A stretch of 64,000 bases of DNA, taken from the NCBI GenBank assembly GCA_051362555.1, contig CM120640.1:59436788-59500787 (forward strand), in the 5' to 3' direction. Shown one piece after another: positions 14,194 to 26,775 of this stretch (position 1 is the first letter of the stretch; each line of letters begins with the position of its first letter). The notes below the pieces were generated by a model. That model made no database searches. It was given only the letters and a program-made list of their open reading frames with translations, and was not told where the DNA came from. The translations under genes and the position numbers were made by a program. Source of the DNA: Lingula anatina (lineage: Eukaryota > Animalia > Brachiopoda).

Positions 14194-15596
14194 CAAAAAT
14201 AATCGTTGTTTGTACCAAATCTGTTGTTGAATATGGAAAATCATCTTTTTGTTTGTTGCTGTGACTACGAATAATTTAACAATCACAATGTCTACCAATA
14301 AATGAATTGACCGTTCGATGGCGAGATAAGTTTGAGGTATGACTATGCACCAATCCTGAAATGACGAATGGCTTCAATGGTCAATTTAAGCTCGTTTTCC
14401 ATCATTATTGGATAACAGTGGGTTCACTGTACATACACTGTATAAAGAGACATGTTGATATAGCCCGTCTTTGCAGGACCACAATGCTGTTAAGGGAACA
14501 AAACAAAAGTTGAGCAATCTGTTCTTCTCCTCTCCCCGAGCTTAACAACCAAGTGGGTTAATCTGACTGGTGTCATAAGCTCGCTTATTTCTTTGAAGTT
14601 GTCATATTAATAATTCTGGACTCCTATTTGATTGCATCAACGCCTTATGCAATAGCACGCGACAACCGTTTGACAAGAATAACGCTACCATATTACAGAC
14701 TCGTAGGGTTTTTGCAAATCTATCTTCTTTTAAGAGCACAGAATTACTAAAATATGTTATTTCCAATTGCTCTTTGATTAGAAAGAAGATAAAGAGAAAA
14801 AACAACCTCAGCTTATGGGCTGCATGTAATTAAATAGATGACTAAAATTTTACAGTCTAACAATTTCCCTTTGTTCGAGAAAAAATTATATTTGGCAAGA
14901 GCTAGGAGTTGCTGCTTGAAGGGTTCATCGAAAAGTTCATAACAACGGGAAACCAATGAGACGTTAGATTATATTGCGATTCATTGTAGTTCACAGGTAC
15001 TAGTATACAGCTTGGAACGTTCTGTTACAAATGTTGGACTTTATGTAGCTGGATAACTAAAAATAACTGCGAAGAATAGTCATATCAAAAGCTAAATCAA
15101 CAACTTTGGAATCTATCGCCTTTAACCACAAATACGAATAATAATGGCTTACCTGTATATCGATTTAAATTAAGTTGCAATAAAATGTGTTTTGGTAGTT
15201 AAACACCAAGTGTACTCCCAAGAAAATCATCTAAAGACTATTTGCTGGGATTTCATGTTTTATGTTTCTTGTTTCTTTTCAAAAACCTGTGCTATGTTAC
15301 AAACACAGACTATAGTCATCATTTATTAATAACGTAAGTTATTTGTTTAAGTTAATAAAGAACAACCCCTGAGCTGCAAACGACTTTGTCAAAGTTTAAT
15401 AAACGTGACTTGTCATTTATTGCCGTCTTTGTCATCTTTGTCCTTTATATTTAACCAAGAACTCTAGCTTGAAAGTATCATTCACTTAAAGTCATGCTTT
15501 GTCATTGTACCTTCGGGAATTTAGCAAAATAAATATTGACAAGACAAAAAGGCCTGTCTTGCAGCACGAAACCCTAATGGTGACGTTTGGAAACAA

Positions 15597-15598
15597 AA

Positions 15599-15640
<42 letters not shown>
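15597..15640. repeat. (AAAT)n microsatellite
   Basis: Directly visible. Confidence 0.9.
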
Positions 15641-15642
<2 letters not shown>

Positions 15643-16908
15643 CTTCCAACAAGATAAATAAATTAAAGCACTGAACGCGCTGAACACTCTGTCATAACTA
15701 TCACTGAGACTTTTTCAACGTGTTCAAGTGAATTTCCTGATTACAAAGTCTAGGTAGGCAAAGTGCAGAAAAAAACATTGGCATGGTATAATTGTCTTCT
15801 CCGGTCTTGGACAGGAATCATCCTCTCCATCAATCAACGCTCCCAAGAGGGAGAGTAGAACGCCATTTTAATTTGCTTTATTGTATGAAGCATAAAACGG
15901 CTTATTGAATAGAGGAAGATACTTGCATTGAGTTTTTTTTTCTAAAATGAGTTTGAGTTTTCGAGATCATATAAAGATGAAATATGTAGGGGGCAGTTAT
16001 TTTCCGACCGTATTTAATTCAATAAAATTGCTTCCTTGACAAATGATTGTAACTATTCCACATGCAACTATAAGGTATCTACTAGAACGATTACCCATGA
16101 CTTTCATTTGGAAACTGTTCAGGTTAGCCGAGATAATGAATAAATTCATTTTAGGAGCGCTTTTCTTCAAATCTCATCAGTAACACGGCCGCTGTAGTTT
16201 GGAATGCAATAACCAGTTACATTGATCCAGACATAGTATCGTCTTTATCTATCGAAGAACGGACTCTGATTTTTAACAACAAATTTCCCCAGTGTCCGTG
16301 TACCAGTCTTACGCCTTTATCTCTACTTTGCCAAGCCGTGTGCAGTATGTATAACGTTACACAATGTATTTACTCACAATTAACAGCAATATCAGTGAAT
16401 GAAGAGCATATCTATTAATTTGACTTTTCTGTCTAAAAAAATCAATGAACCTATTGTACCGGTAAGATGTACAAAGTTCCTGCACTTTCAATCAAACAAA
16501 TGAGACGGCAATAATGTAAACGTTTATGTCCATTTGCCTTTGATCTTTAGAAAATGATGGTGGAGGCAACAGTTCTCGAAAACTTTCATAAATGTTTTAA
16601 TGATTATCAATGACATGTGACGAAACTATATTTTAATACATCTCGGGTACACGTAAGGATGTATATGATAAGCGTTACATGTTGAAATGCCTAACTGGCC
16701 GGTTTCCCATGCTTCTGGTTGAAGGTTTAACTGACATAGCCCTTTGGTTTAGACTATACTTAACCCAATGCAGGGAAATTCAACCACGTAGAATATTCGC
16801 TTGTGATCTGCATATAGATTTTGCTAGTAAAGATTTAGTTTCGTCCTTTGGTTTTTGATGATATAGTAGAAATGGTGTGGAGGCCAGTGAAATATTTGCT
16901 ATGTTTAA

Positions 16909-17506
16909 GGCCCCTTATTTCACACAGACCACGAATCCCACGAATCGCCAGGAATTGAGAAATTTCAGGATTCGTGAGGATTCGTGAGATTTTGCCAATT
17001 TTCTGGTCTAATTCGACACGCTCTACGATTCAGTTACGATACAGGTGCGATAGTGTTACGAATATTCGTGGGATTCGGCTGGAATCGCACGAAATATATA
17101 TATATATTGTCCAGAAATTCACTACGATTTTTTGGAATCGGGAGTTCGTGGCCAAAACATTGAACAGCTTAAAATGTTTGCCACGAATTCCCGATTGATC
17201 AAGAATTGCAAAAACTAACTACGATTATATACGAATCTGTTAAGAACTTCACGAACTGATTACGATTCAACCACGAATCGTGAAATTTTCAATTCCTGGC
17301 GATTCGTGGGATTCGTGGTCTGTGTGAAATAGGGGCATCAAAGTTTTTGCCACCAATTCCTGTTGGTCACGAAGTGCAAGAACTTACTACGAGTATATAC
17401 GAATCTGTTAAGAACTTCACGATCTGATTACGATTCAACCACGAATCGTGAAATTTGTCAATTCCTGGCCATTCGTGGGATTCGTGGTCTGTGTGAAATA
17501 GGGGCA
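16909..17506. mobile_element. PIF/Harbinger-like MITE with duplicated right end
   Basis: Left TIR GGCCCCTTATTTCACACAGACCACGAATCCCACGAATCGCCAGGAATTGA. Its reverse complement occurs twice, ending at 17337 and 17506. The element is flanked by TAA on both outer sides (3-bp TSD) and has many internal ACGAAT/ACGATT motifs. Confidence 0.8.
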
Positions 17507-18293
17507 TAAGAAGTCTAGCCGGATAATTTCAATAATCGGGAACACCAAAAGCTGGCCATCTATACCCAAATTATCTGCTTCAATAATTCTCCAAAATTTT
17601 CCTAAAACATGTGGCAGATAAACATTATTTTACTTCATTGCTGTATAATCGCTTTACCTAGATCTTTTTTTCACATCACTGCAAGGATTTCCTATTGCTA
17701 AATGGGTGATATAGCAAATAATCAACTCCTATACATATCGCCTCTGCTGCCATGATGCATTTTAAGAAATGTTCCATATGTACATATACCGTATATATTT
17801 GAATTTTTATCCCCAGTTCATTTGAATATTGTTGCAGTGGGTGGATGCGCTTATGAAACGAGACAAAGCATTAGGAATTTATAGTGCATATTCATCAATA
17901 AAACCACAAAACGTCTACAGACATTAACTTTATAGTTGTGATGGTGTAGTCTATAGATCTAATACAGGGTGTACCTGTGAAAAAGTTGCCAATTTATCCA
18001 TTACCTACTCATCGCGGAATGCACCATTGCAAACAAAAAGGTTGGTAATAAATATAGCGCAACTGATGTGGAATCTCAATGCACAAAACTGAAAATTTCG
18101 ATCTGAGGAAGATTAATGACACTAATTGAATTGGGAAAAGAAGGCATGTCAGAAAACCCATCAGTCTTATGCAGGCCTTAAATAATCTAATTACAATGCT
18201 ACATAACCTTAATCTGTAAATTCAGTTTTATCGTTGAAATGTGTAAACATCCTGAAAATTAAACGGGTTTAAACATAGTTAATACAGGTGAGG

Positions 18294-18295
<2 letters not shown>

Positions 18296-18366
<71 letters not shown>
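18296..18366. repeat. Compound microsatellite (GT)n(GA)n at the start of the D1-type receptor intron
   Basis: Directly visible; it gives the SLSL-HTHT tail of the raw 414-aa ORF. Confidence 0.95.
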
Positions 18367-18375
<9 letters not shown>

Positions 18376-18404
18376 GAAGAAGAAGAAAAGGAGGTGATAC
18401 ATAC

Positions 18405-19503
18405 CGACAGTGCTGACTGTATAGTCTTCGTAGTAACCTCTGGCTCTCGATTGTCCCTTGCCACAGCAGCGACACAATATTTTCCTATATGCCGCTCGGA
18501 AACTTGGGTTCAGTGAATAAATAAACGGGTTGAACACCGAGTTTATCCAGCCCAGCCAGACGAAGAAAGAAAATATGTCCATAAAGTTGGGATTTAGTTT
18601 ACACAGTAGCATTTCAGGGTCCCAGCCTAATAGACAGTTCAAGATGAAGAACGGCAACCAGCACAAAATGAATACCCCCATGACAGTTGCCATGGTTTTG
18701 GTGGCTTTATTTTCTGAACGTTTAGTTCCCTTTCCATCTTTGCGGACATTAGCCATCGCTTTGTCCATGTCTGCAATTTGCTTGGCTTGTCTGCGAGCGA
18801 TGGCAAAGACTCTGCCGTACAGGAATGTCATCATTATAAGAGGGACGTAGAAACTGATACTCGACGAGATAATAGCATAATATGGGTTGAACGCCAATTT
18901 ACATAGAGGTCCAAGAGCTTGATCCGTGGCCCACTGGTGCCACCTGTAGTCCCCTTCGAAGTAAAACCATTCTAGTTGTAAAGGGATGAAGGAAACCATG
19001 CCAGAGGCAATCCAAGCAACACCCAGCATGATTCCGGCAGTCTTGTTGGTCACGATTTCGTGATAATGGAATGGGCGAGTCACAGCTATGTATCTTTCGA
19101 CGGCGATCATCAAAAGATTAAGAATGGATGCAGTTGACATCATGACATCAAAACTCACCCAAGTAAGGCAATAATGACCGAATGGCCAGTTGCCGAGCAA
19201 GTCCTGGATGGCAGCAAAAGGGAGAACAAATACCCCTACACACATATCTGATATAGCAAGAGAAACGATAAAATAGTTTGTGATCTTGCTTCTTAATTGT
19301 TCGAACTTCAAAATTGCGATAACGACCAGCAAGTTGCCCAATATTACAGCCAAGTCTATGATACTGAGTAAGACTCCCAGGAATATTCTCACTCCAGTAG
19401 GAATTGGAGAAGGAGCTGGATCATGCCCTGCCGCACATAACGCCTGGTAGGGGGCCTCTGTGGCATTTAATGTCGCATTAATAGCAGACATCGTCGTTGC
19501 CAT
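18405..19503 (-). CDS. DRD1: D1-like dopamine receptor of vertebrate D1/D5 type, main 7TM exon
   Basis: ORF 19503-18259 has all 7 TMs: LRSKITNYFIVSLAISD, WPFGHYCLTWVSFDVMMSTASILNL, ERY, VSFIPLQLEW, YAIISSSISFYVP, VMGVFILCWLPFFILNC, FVWLGWINSVFNPFIY, CRCC. These closely parallel vertebrate D1 motifs (LRSKVTNFF, ISFIPVQLSW, YAISSSxISFYIP, WLPFFILNC, FVWFGWANS). A donor G|GTATGT at 18404 precedes the microsatellite, so the real exon probably ends at 18405. Probable 5'UTR acceptor at 20075 (tcttatctcttctcag). Confidence 0.85.
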
Positions 19504-20110
19504 CTTCTTTGATACTGGTTATGAAGCGACGGCGCAATAAAGTATAATGTACGCAACGCTCTGTTTAGCAATAAAGAGAAGACATTTAAGCCCCCCCTTT
19601 CTTGAAAGCAATGTTAAAATTTGTTTACTTCCTTCTAAGCTGTTGCCAATGCCTGCACAATCTAAAGGTAAAGCTGCACAGTTCTGTGTGTCTACGGTGC
19701 CGTATTTCTGAGATTCCAACCCCGTCTTATTCGGATTACACAGAGATAACTGTCCGTGATCGTTAGCTCAAATCTCCTTTACTGACTTCCAGTAGTTGAA
19801 TACGCAGAGCAGGTGCCCACTCTTCTCATTAAGTATCATTCACTGTCAGTGCAGTGGAAAATTCTCACAGTGCGCATTTCCTCAGCGATATTTTCTGAAA
19901 TCACGAAGATGGCACTATCGGTTTATATCTGCCTTTGGTGACGGATTGCTGCTATCGCAGTAGTGGACTATTTCGTCGTGCAGACAATGCAACACGAGCC
20001 AATCAGCGTCCAGGAAGAGATTCTGCCTTGTCACAAAATGAGAGTCAAACAGTGGTCCTGGTAGAACAGCCTACCTGAGAAGAGATAAGACAGCGTGCTA
20101 ATTCTTTATG

Positions 20111-21180
20111 AAGATAAGATAAGATAAGATAAGAGTTTATTTAGCCAATTATAAAAATCGGAAATCATTTTCCATTGGAGCAATATACAGAGTAAAATAA
20201 TAAAATAATAAATAAATAAATTAATTAAGAATTTAGCTTTGAGATCAAATTAAAATGCGTCACTGCACTTGGATAAAAGCTGTTTAAAAAGCGTTTACTG
20301 CCTTTAAAAGTTAAAAGTCTACTGTTGCTTGGTAAAAAAGTAAAAAGAGAGGATGCAGGATGGAAAGCGTCTTTCATGGTGTTGACAATTCTTTTCTCCA
20401 TCCTGTCCTTAAAAATATCATCCAGCTTGGGGAGATCTTGTCCGATAATCCTGCTTGCAGTTTTTACAACGTTTGCTAATTTCTTCCTTTCCTCCCCAGC
20501 TGTTCCGCTATACCATATTATAATTCCGTACGCTAGAATGCTTTCAATTACACACCTATAAAAATTGACTAAAATAGGCACACTATCAGTAAAAGTTCTC
20601 AATGATCTTAAAAAATACAGTCTTTGTCGTGCCTTCTTTACACTCTTTACGGTGTTATCTTTCCAATTCAATTTACTGTTAAGGTGTATACCAAGTAGTT
20701 TAAATTCCTCTACCCTACTAACTTCATCATTACCAATGGTGAGTGGTACCTTTACATTCTGATTCCTTCTAAAATCCACTATCATTTCTTTGGTTTTAGC
20801 TACGTTCAAGATAAGATCATTACTCTCGCACCAGCTTAACAACGACTCAACAGATTCTCTATATGTACTCTCGTCATTATCAGTGACTAGCCCCACCAGC
20901 GTAGTATCGTCCGCAAATTTCATGAGAAAAGTCCCATCGCTTACACTAGTGCAATCGTAAGTAAAAAGGGAGTAAAGACAAGGTGAAAGGACGCATCCCT
21001 GTGGTGCACCGGTATTTAAGACTGTTATTTTTGAGCTAAATGAGCCGACTTTAACAGATTGTCTTCTATCTAAAAGAAAGTCTAAAATCCAGTCACAAAT
21101 AAAAACAGGTAGCTTAAGATGGTTTAAAAGTTTCAAATATAGTTTTTTTGGCACAATTGTGTTAAAAGCTGAACTGAAGA
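20111..21180 (-). mobile_element. 5'-truncated Rex1/Babar-like non-LTR retrotransposon (RT plus C-terminal domain)
   Basis: ORF 20225-21223: FSSAFNTI, GAPQGCVLSPCLYSLFT, KFADDTTLVG, LNVAKTKEMIVDFRR, KKARQRLYFLRSLR, FYRCVIESIL. A 3' (TCTTA)n tail lies at 20111-20133. RT similarity begins abruptly at about 21180. Confidence 0.88.
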
Positions 21181-23192
21181 CTCGGATTAAATTTGCTTTA
21201 CATTTTAAGTATATTAAAAGCACTTACTTGCACAAAAATCCGTTTTGTTCCTACCGCTCAACGTAAGATTTGTAAACCCGTTTGAGCAAGGGGAAACCTA
21301 GTACTGCTAAACCCGAATGGTATCAACAAACACTGAACTATCGATTTCACACACATATAAAGGCAAAATTATTTGATGAAAACGAGCCCATCGGTATTAA
21401 ACAGAGTATATATAACTTGATTTTGGACATTGTTTACAGTGCCCACACTTAGAGACCATTCACTGACCACTCTTCCTCGCTTACTCCATGCTAGATAAAC
21501 AGGCCATCGTATCATTACGGGTACCTGCCTTAGTCCGTCACCCGGGTTACGAGAGCGCCATGACACAAACAGTCTTTACATTACCCCAAACCCCGTCATT
21601 GAGCGGACAGAATTATTTCACCCTATACAAACCTTAAGAAAACATTAAGATCGATGATGACTGGTCTATTGTTCGATATCAAGAAACCGCGGCATTGTTT
21701 CGCTGATTTAGTTGATTCAACATCAGGAAAACGCGGTACATGTGCATGAACTGCAGCAATAGGAATTATCAATCACCTTATTTATGATTTGAGGATGAAG
21801 TATACAGCCCATCTAATTGATCAATTTCACTAGTTTTCCCATGCTAAATTTAAAAATGCACTATTTCAGTAACCGCGCTCAATTTTGGACGGTATCAATT
21901 TATAATTATAAAAGGTGGTGGACAAATAAACAGAAAGCGCAACAAAATTGATTTCCTATCACTGATGCCAACGATGCTGAAGGGGCTTAATGTTTATAAG
22001 AATGAGATAATGACGCTTTTGACCCTTTACGAAGCACGTCCGGCTGTTTAGCGTTGACCCGTTCTCATTCAATTATTAATTGCAAATTACTATTTCTGCG
22101 CAAGATGGTTAGAGCACGCTTAATTGGTGATTTTCATGGTTTTCTACAGTTAGTGAAAGACATGGGCCTAGTGGAGCATAAAATAACGGTAATGTAAAGG
22201 GACGTGTCCAGGTTCTAGTGATCAGATTTACACCTGGTCCATACAGTGATCATTCGACAAACAAGAGGTCAGATTAGTACCACCTTTGCACTAGACGTCG
22301 GCCAGCCTGCGGATATAAGGGAGCAGACGGTGACAAATGTAACACCCTTTTTACCTCTCGGTGTTAAATGAAAAGTTTAACGATTTTCAGTAATGCACCG
22401 ATCAAACCGCAGAGGGGAATCAAAAATCATTTCGCATATCATTAAATTTTTATCAAATCTGTAAGCACTTTTTGAACAGTTGGATGGATTATTGTATTAT
22501 CATTTTTGGCATGTTTAGTTGTTTTTCTGGACAGTACTACATACTCTTTAAGTATATATCAAAGCCCTCACTAAGGTAAAAAAAAAATCATCGCATGTTG
22601 AAAATAACACTCGATTACGGTTGTTCTTTTGAAAAAAAAAATGTCAAAAATCGAAAGACGGTGTTCTTGTTTTTTCGAACAAGCATCATATCCACAGCTT
22701 GATTACCATTAGTTAAATAAAATTTCATAATTTTTCAATGAAGGAAGCTATCCTTGTTTTACTGTGAGTTGTTATAGGTCGGGAATTGTTAGGTTTTACT
22801 GGTATATCCCAGTCGTACTTTCTAGTATTAAACACAAGATATGATATGTAAATAAATGCAATGAAGAACATTTTCTGAATATTCATTTCTACAATACAAA
22901 ATTATTTCCAAAGGAAAAAAAATAATAATTCTGATATTTATCTTGTTAAAGTCAGCCTTTGGACAGCATTATTGTGCGAGTTTATCTTTCATGGATGAAA
23001 CACGACTTACTAATGAAATAAGTGTTCTGGCAAATTACAACACATTTTGATTTTACGTTTATCGAGTTCCAACCTCGGATTTAATCACATTTGAATTTCC
23101 CCTGATGTGGACGACTGTTAACCCGCACTCACCCCGCATGAAACAATTTAACAATCAAACACCTGCTGTCAACAGAATGAATGGATCATTAA

Positions 23193-23195
<3 letters not shown>

Positions 23196-23230
<35 letters not shown>
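23196..23230. repeat. (CT)n microsatellite
   Basis: Directly visible. Confidence 0.9.
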
Positions 23231-23233
<3 letters not shown>

Positions 23234-25439
23234 ATAATATTGATATGATATATTGCGATTAAATGCAGTTTATTTCTTTAAAATGTATTAACGTTAAAAC
23301 GATACTTATTCTTTAAATTGTGCTCTATGTTTTTCTTTCTTTTTTTTCTTTTTTTTTTATTTATTTATTTTTTTTTTTATGGAAAACTGAAAAACCTCTG
23401 CTTTGGATTTTATAATAGCATATAAATAAAAATAAATAAAAAATTAATATTAATAAAAAAACCCTTCATATTTCTATTAGCAAGTAAATTCACTTACCTG
23501 CTTTTGCCTTACTATTTGTAGGAAAGGAATAACACTCTTACTTCTTCAGCTTCTCTGGTCTCCTCTGTGGCTTCGATAGTAATACAGTGAATGCATATAC
23601 ACCACCAAAGTTGTCTTTCTCGTTTCCATGGCCTATTATCTGCGTCACCACAGTGCGTCCATGCCAATAATATTGGTTAATGGCACAGTAAAAGGCCTGT
23701 CCAATAACATGTTGGCAAACAAGGGGCGATTAGTAAATAGCCAACAGTAAATGTAATGATATAATATACAAAAGAGTGAGGCCTCTCAGGATGAATACGG
23801 AATATGACGCGAGGAATTCTACCATGATGTTGCCACTTCACCAGCCTTAACTTTGATTTCGAAAATAACAGAGACTAAATTAAAATTGTCCTAGTTGCCA
23901 ATTTAATGTCATGCATATTTATATACAATAAATATCAGTTTTTGAAATACTTTCCTCGACGATATAATTTAATCTTTTTTCATTTTCTTCTTTATTTCAC
24001 CCCTTTGATACATGTAAAGGCCATATGCAACGTCAATATATTTGTTTGCTTATCCGCATTGGAAATGTTCAGCAATAGGAAGTGAACACCGTTCTTGAAC
24101 CATGCATAAATTCACGTATTAAATATGATAAATAATAAGTCAAAGTTTACTTGCCTGAGGGGCACACGTCTTGTTCAAACACGAAGAACAATAATAGATT
24201 ACAAAAGATACCATTAAAAACCTTAAACTTTCATTGCGAGATATATTAGTGTATTGACCTTCAGCTAACAGTCTCTTGAATTATAATGGACTCTCGTTGT
24301 TGATTCAAGACAATTTAGCGCGTTTGTCAAGTACCCAGCCCATATTTTGCTTAGAATCATGTTTTATATTACACCTGTCTACTGGTGTTTTGATTTACAT
24401 CTTAAACGATTTAACAAAAATATGACAAATTTCTGAAGGTTTAACGAGGATGATTGGTCATATTTATGTTTTACTTGTAGCTTCTCGAGACAGAGACAGG
24501 ATAAACAATGAAACGAAGAAACATGCTGTATTTTAAGTTGTACGAGAGATCCTCAATATGCATGTGGTTGAAAATAGCATAAACCCATGTTCAAATAAAT
24601 CAGATGATCACTGCATGTTAGATCGATACACTTGCCAATATTTGCTTATGTAATGTTGAAAGACATAACGTACAGGCACATACATAATTTAATAGGTATG
24701 GGCATACTTCTTCCCCGATACCTTCCGTCAAAAGGAAAGCTCTGAAGGTAGAGAATACACTACAGATGTATTGCTGTTGGAAAGTATGAATGTTACCTGT
24801 TTTTATTCATTTCTTCGACTTCTGATAAGATAAAGGCCGTTAAGAAGACCAATTTGGATTGGCAAAAAGAGCGCGTTCACTGTCAGGCAGTCTTTACCTA
24901 ATTAGTGTCTAGATGATATTATACGTGCTAAATGAGCCATTTGCGTTATTGACAATCCGTGTTAGAGTATGTAGATAACAAGTCATTGTGTTACTGTTTT
25001 GTTTATTAAAGATACGCACTAGGTGCGAGAGAGAAAGATACATTTTAAATGTCATTTGTGTAAACAATATAAGTAGAGACAAACATAATAGCTTCCGTTG
25101 GGATAATAAGCCCCAGGTCTCTTCACATCACTAAATACAAATTAAAAATTTAACTGCAGATCATGTGAAGGCCGCCCGGTACAGGCTAATCATAAATCAG
25201 TCGTTTTCTTCTAATCGCATACAGGTAGTGCGGGTTTGCGGGTTTGCACTTTGCAATGTCTTATTTAGTCCTACTCAGTACATTGCTGTTTCGCAATTAA
25301 CTGTTCACTTACGAAGGTGAAATGCAGTTCAATGACTTTTGAGACTTCACGGTCATTGATTTCACTCATTTCCAGATAAACATGTGCAGCAGTCAATCAA
25401 ATACTCCAGAAAAACGGGCATCTAAGAGTGTTCTACAGA

Positions 25440-26775
25440 AAAATTCACATCAAACCGTGGTTCAATGATAGCTATAAAGGATTGTTCGGAAATTATAAAA
25501 AAAGGCACTTTATAGGTTTAATGTGTGCAAAACGCCTGACAATCACCCAGTTTACATCCTCGCAAATGATAGTCTCCTTTCACAAGTTGAGAATCTTGAA
25601 TATACATGTTGAGGAAATATAATCCTAGTGGATTTTATAAGCGTTTTTCAAATTAGAAAATATGTTCATCACGTTTAATTTGCCGACCATTTCTTCAAAA
25701 AGATGCCCAGTAATGACCACGAGGGAGTGGAGATCTCAGCGCCCCTTCAGAAAATGAACGTTGGTCAATTTTTGAAGCATTAAACAGAGAATATAAATAA
25801 GTTGAAATAAAAGAATCCATTAAATCTCCCAAGCGTAATAAAAATCAATAGATATGATGGCATTTTAAATGAGTAATTTATAGAATTTTCAGAAATAGTA
25901 CTGTCATATCTTTATGTCATACCGGTGTTTAATGCAATGATTGATAAAGGATACTTCCCTACTATTCTCTGCAACCCATTGATTGTTCCAGGGTGAATAT
26001 TCTGATCCTAGTAATTATAGGGGAATACGTTTATTAATCTGTATATTTCAAGTTATTCATGTATACTGTAAACACAAGGCTACTCGCATTGTAAGGTAGT
26101 GCTTGTACACACACTGGACAGTAGAAGTGCCACCCCCCTGACTCAGAGAAATCAAAGTTATAATGCCTGGTCTACTTATAATGAGACTAATGAGTATAAA
26201 ACCGTTGTACCATGGAATTGTATTGTTGGTCTTTTTGTGAAATTTGATGTTAATAAAATGATACCAGGAGCATATCATTCCACAGCCATTTATCTCCCCC
26301 AAAGTATTGGTTCAGTAGGGGTCACACTTCTATTGTCCAGTGTGTGTATTATGCATTATTATGCGTCCTAAATTCATACATGTAGTACCACTGAAGCAAT
26401 GTTTGTGTTGTACGCTATAACCAGTAAATTTCTGTGTGAAAAGAAGAAACTCCATTACTGTTTAATGGACTACAAACAGTGCTTGGATATTATAGATAGA
26501 GCCTAATATTGTATAAGTTATCTATTTGAGGAATCGGCGGCAAATCTCTCTCTGTTATTACTGTACGATAATGTGAAAACTGGTATTTTGTTAAATAGAA
26601 AAACATCAGACTTTTTTTGAAAACAATAGAGGAGCCCTTCAGAGAGAGGTCCTATCCCCTATCCTATTTTTCACTACATGATTATGAATGTGAAGAAAAA
26701 ATAAATAAATATGGCATGCAACCAGTTAAGATGAAAGACTTGGCACTTTTCTAGTCATGTTTGCAGATGACAAAT
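25440..26775 (+). mobile_element. Heavily decayed LINE RT remnant (RTE-X/CR1-like), interrupted by a MITE
   Basis: Ordered motif remnants across frameshifts and stops: KPWF (~25452), EIKESIKS..DGILNE (~25804-25873), FN...GYFP (~25928-25960), DPSNYRGI (~26003), MDYKQCLD.IDR (~26465), GALQREVLSPILF (~26630), FADD (~26760). Confidence 0.7.
26108..26346 (+). mobile_element. Tc1/mariner-like MITE, copy 1 (TA TSD)
   Basis: TA|CACACACTGGACAGTAGAAGTGCCACCCC ... GGGGTCACACTTCTATTGTCCAGTGTGTG|TA; highly similar to the inverted copy at 28598-28837. Confidence 0.85.

Noticed and set aside
18259-18404. C-terminal GMYHLLFFFF-SLSL-HTHT tail of the 414-aa ORF as the normal protein end
   Set aside because: It is encoded by a microsatellite directly after a consensus splice donor, so it is most likely intronic.
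21221-23500. Consensus minus-strand splice donors (CAG|GTAAGTG at 23497, CAA|GTAAGTG at 21227) as 5'UTR exons of the D1-type receptor
   Set aside because: Plausible, but exon boundaries and the promoter cannot be defined without transcript data.
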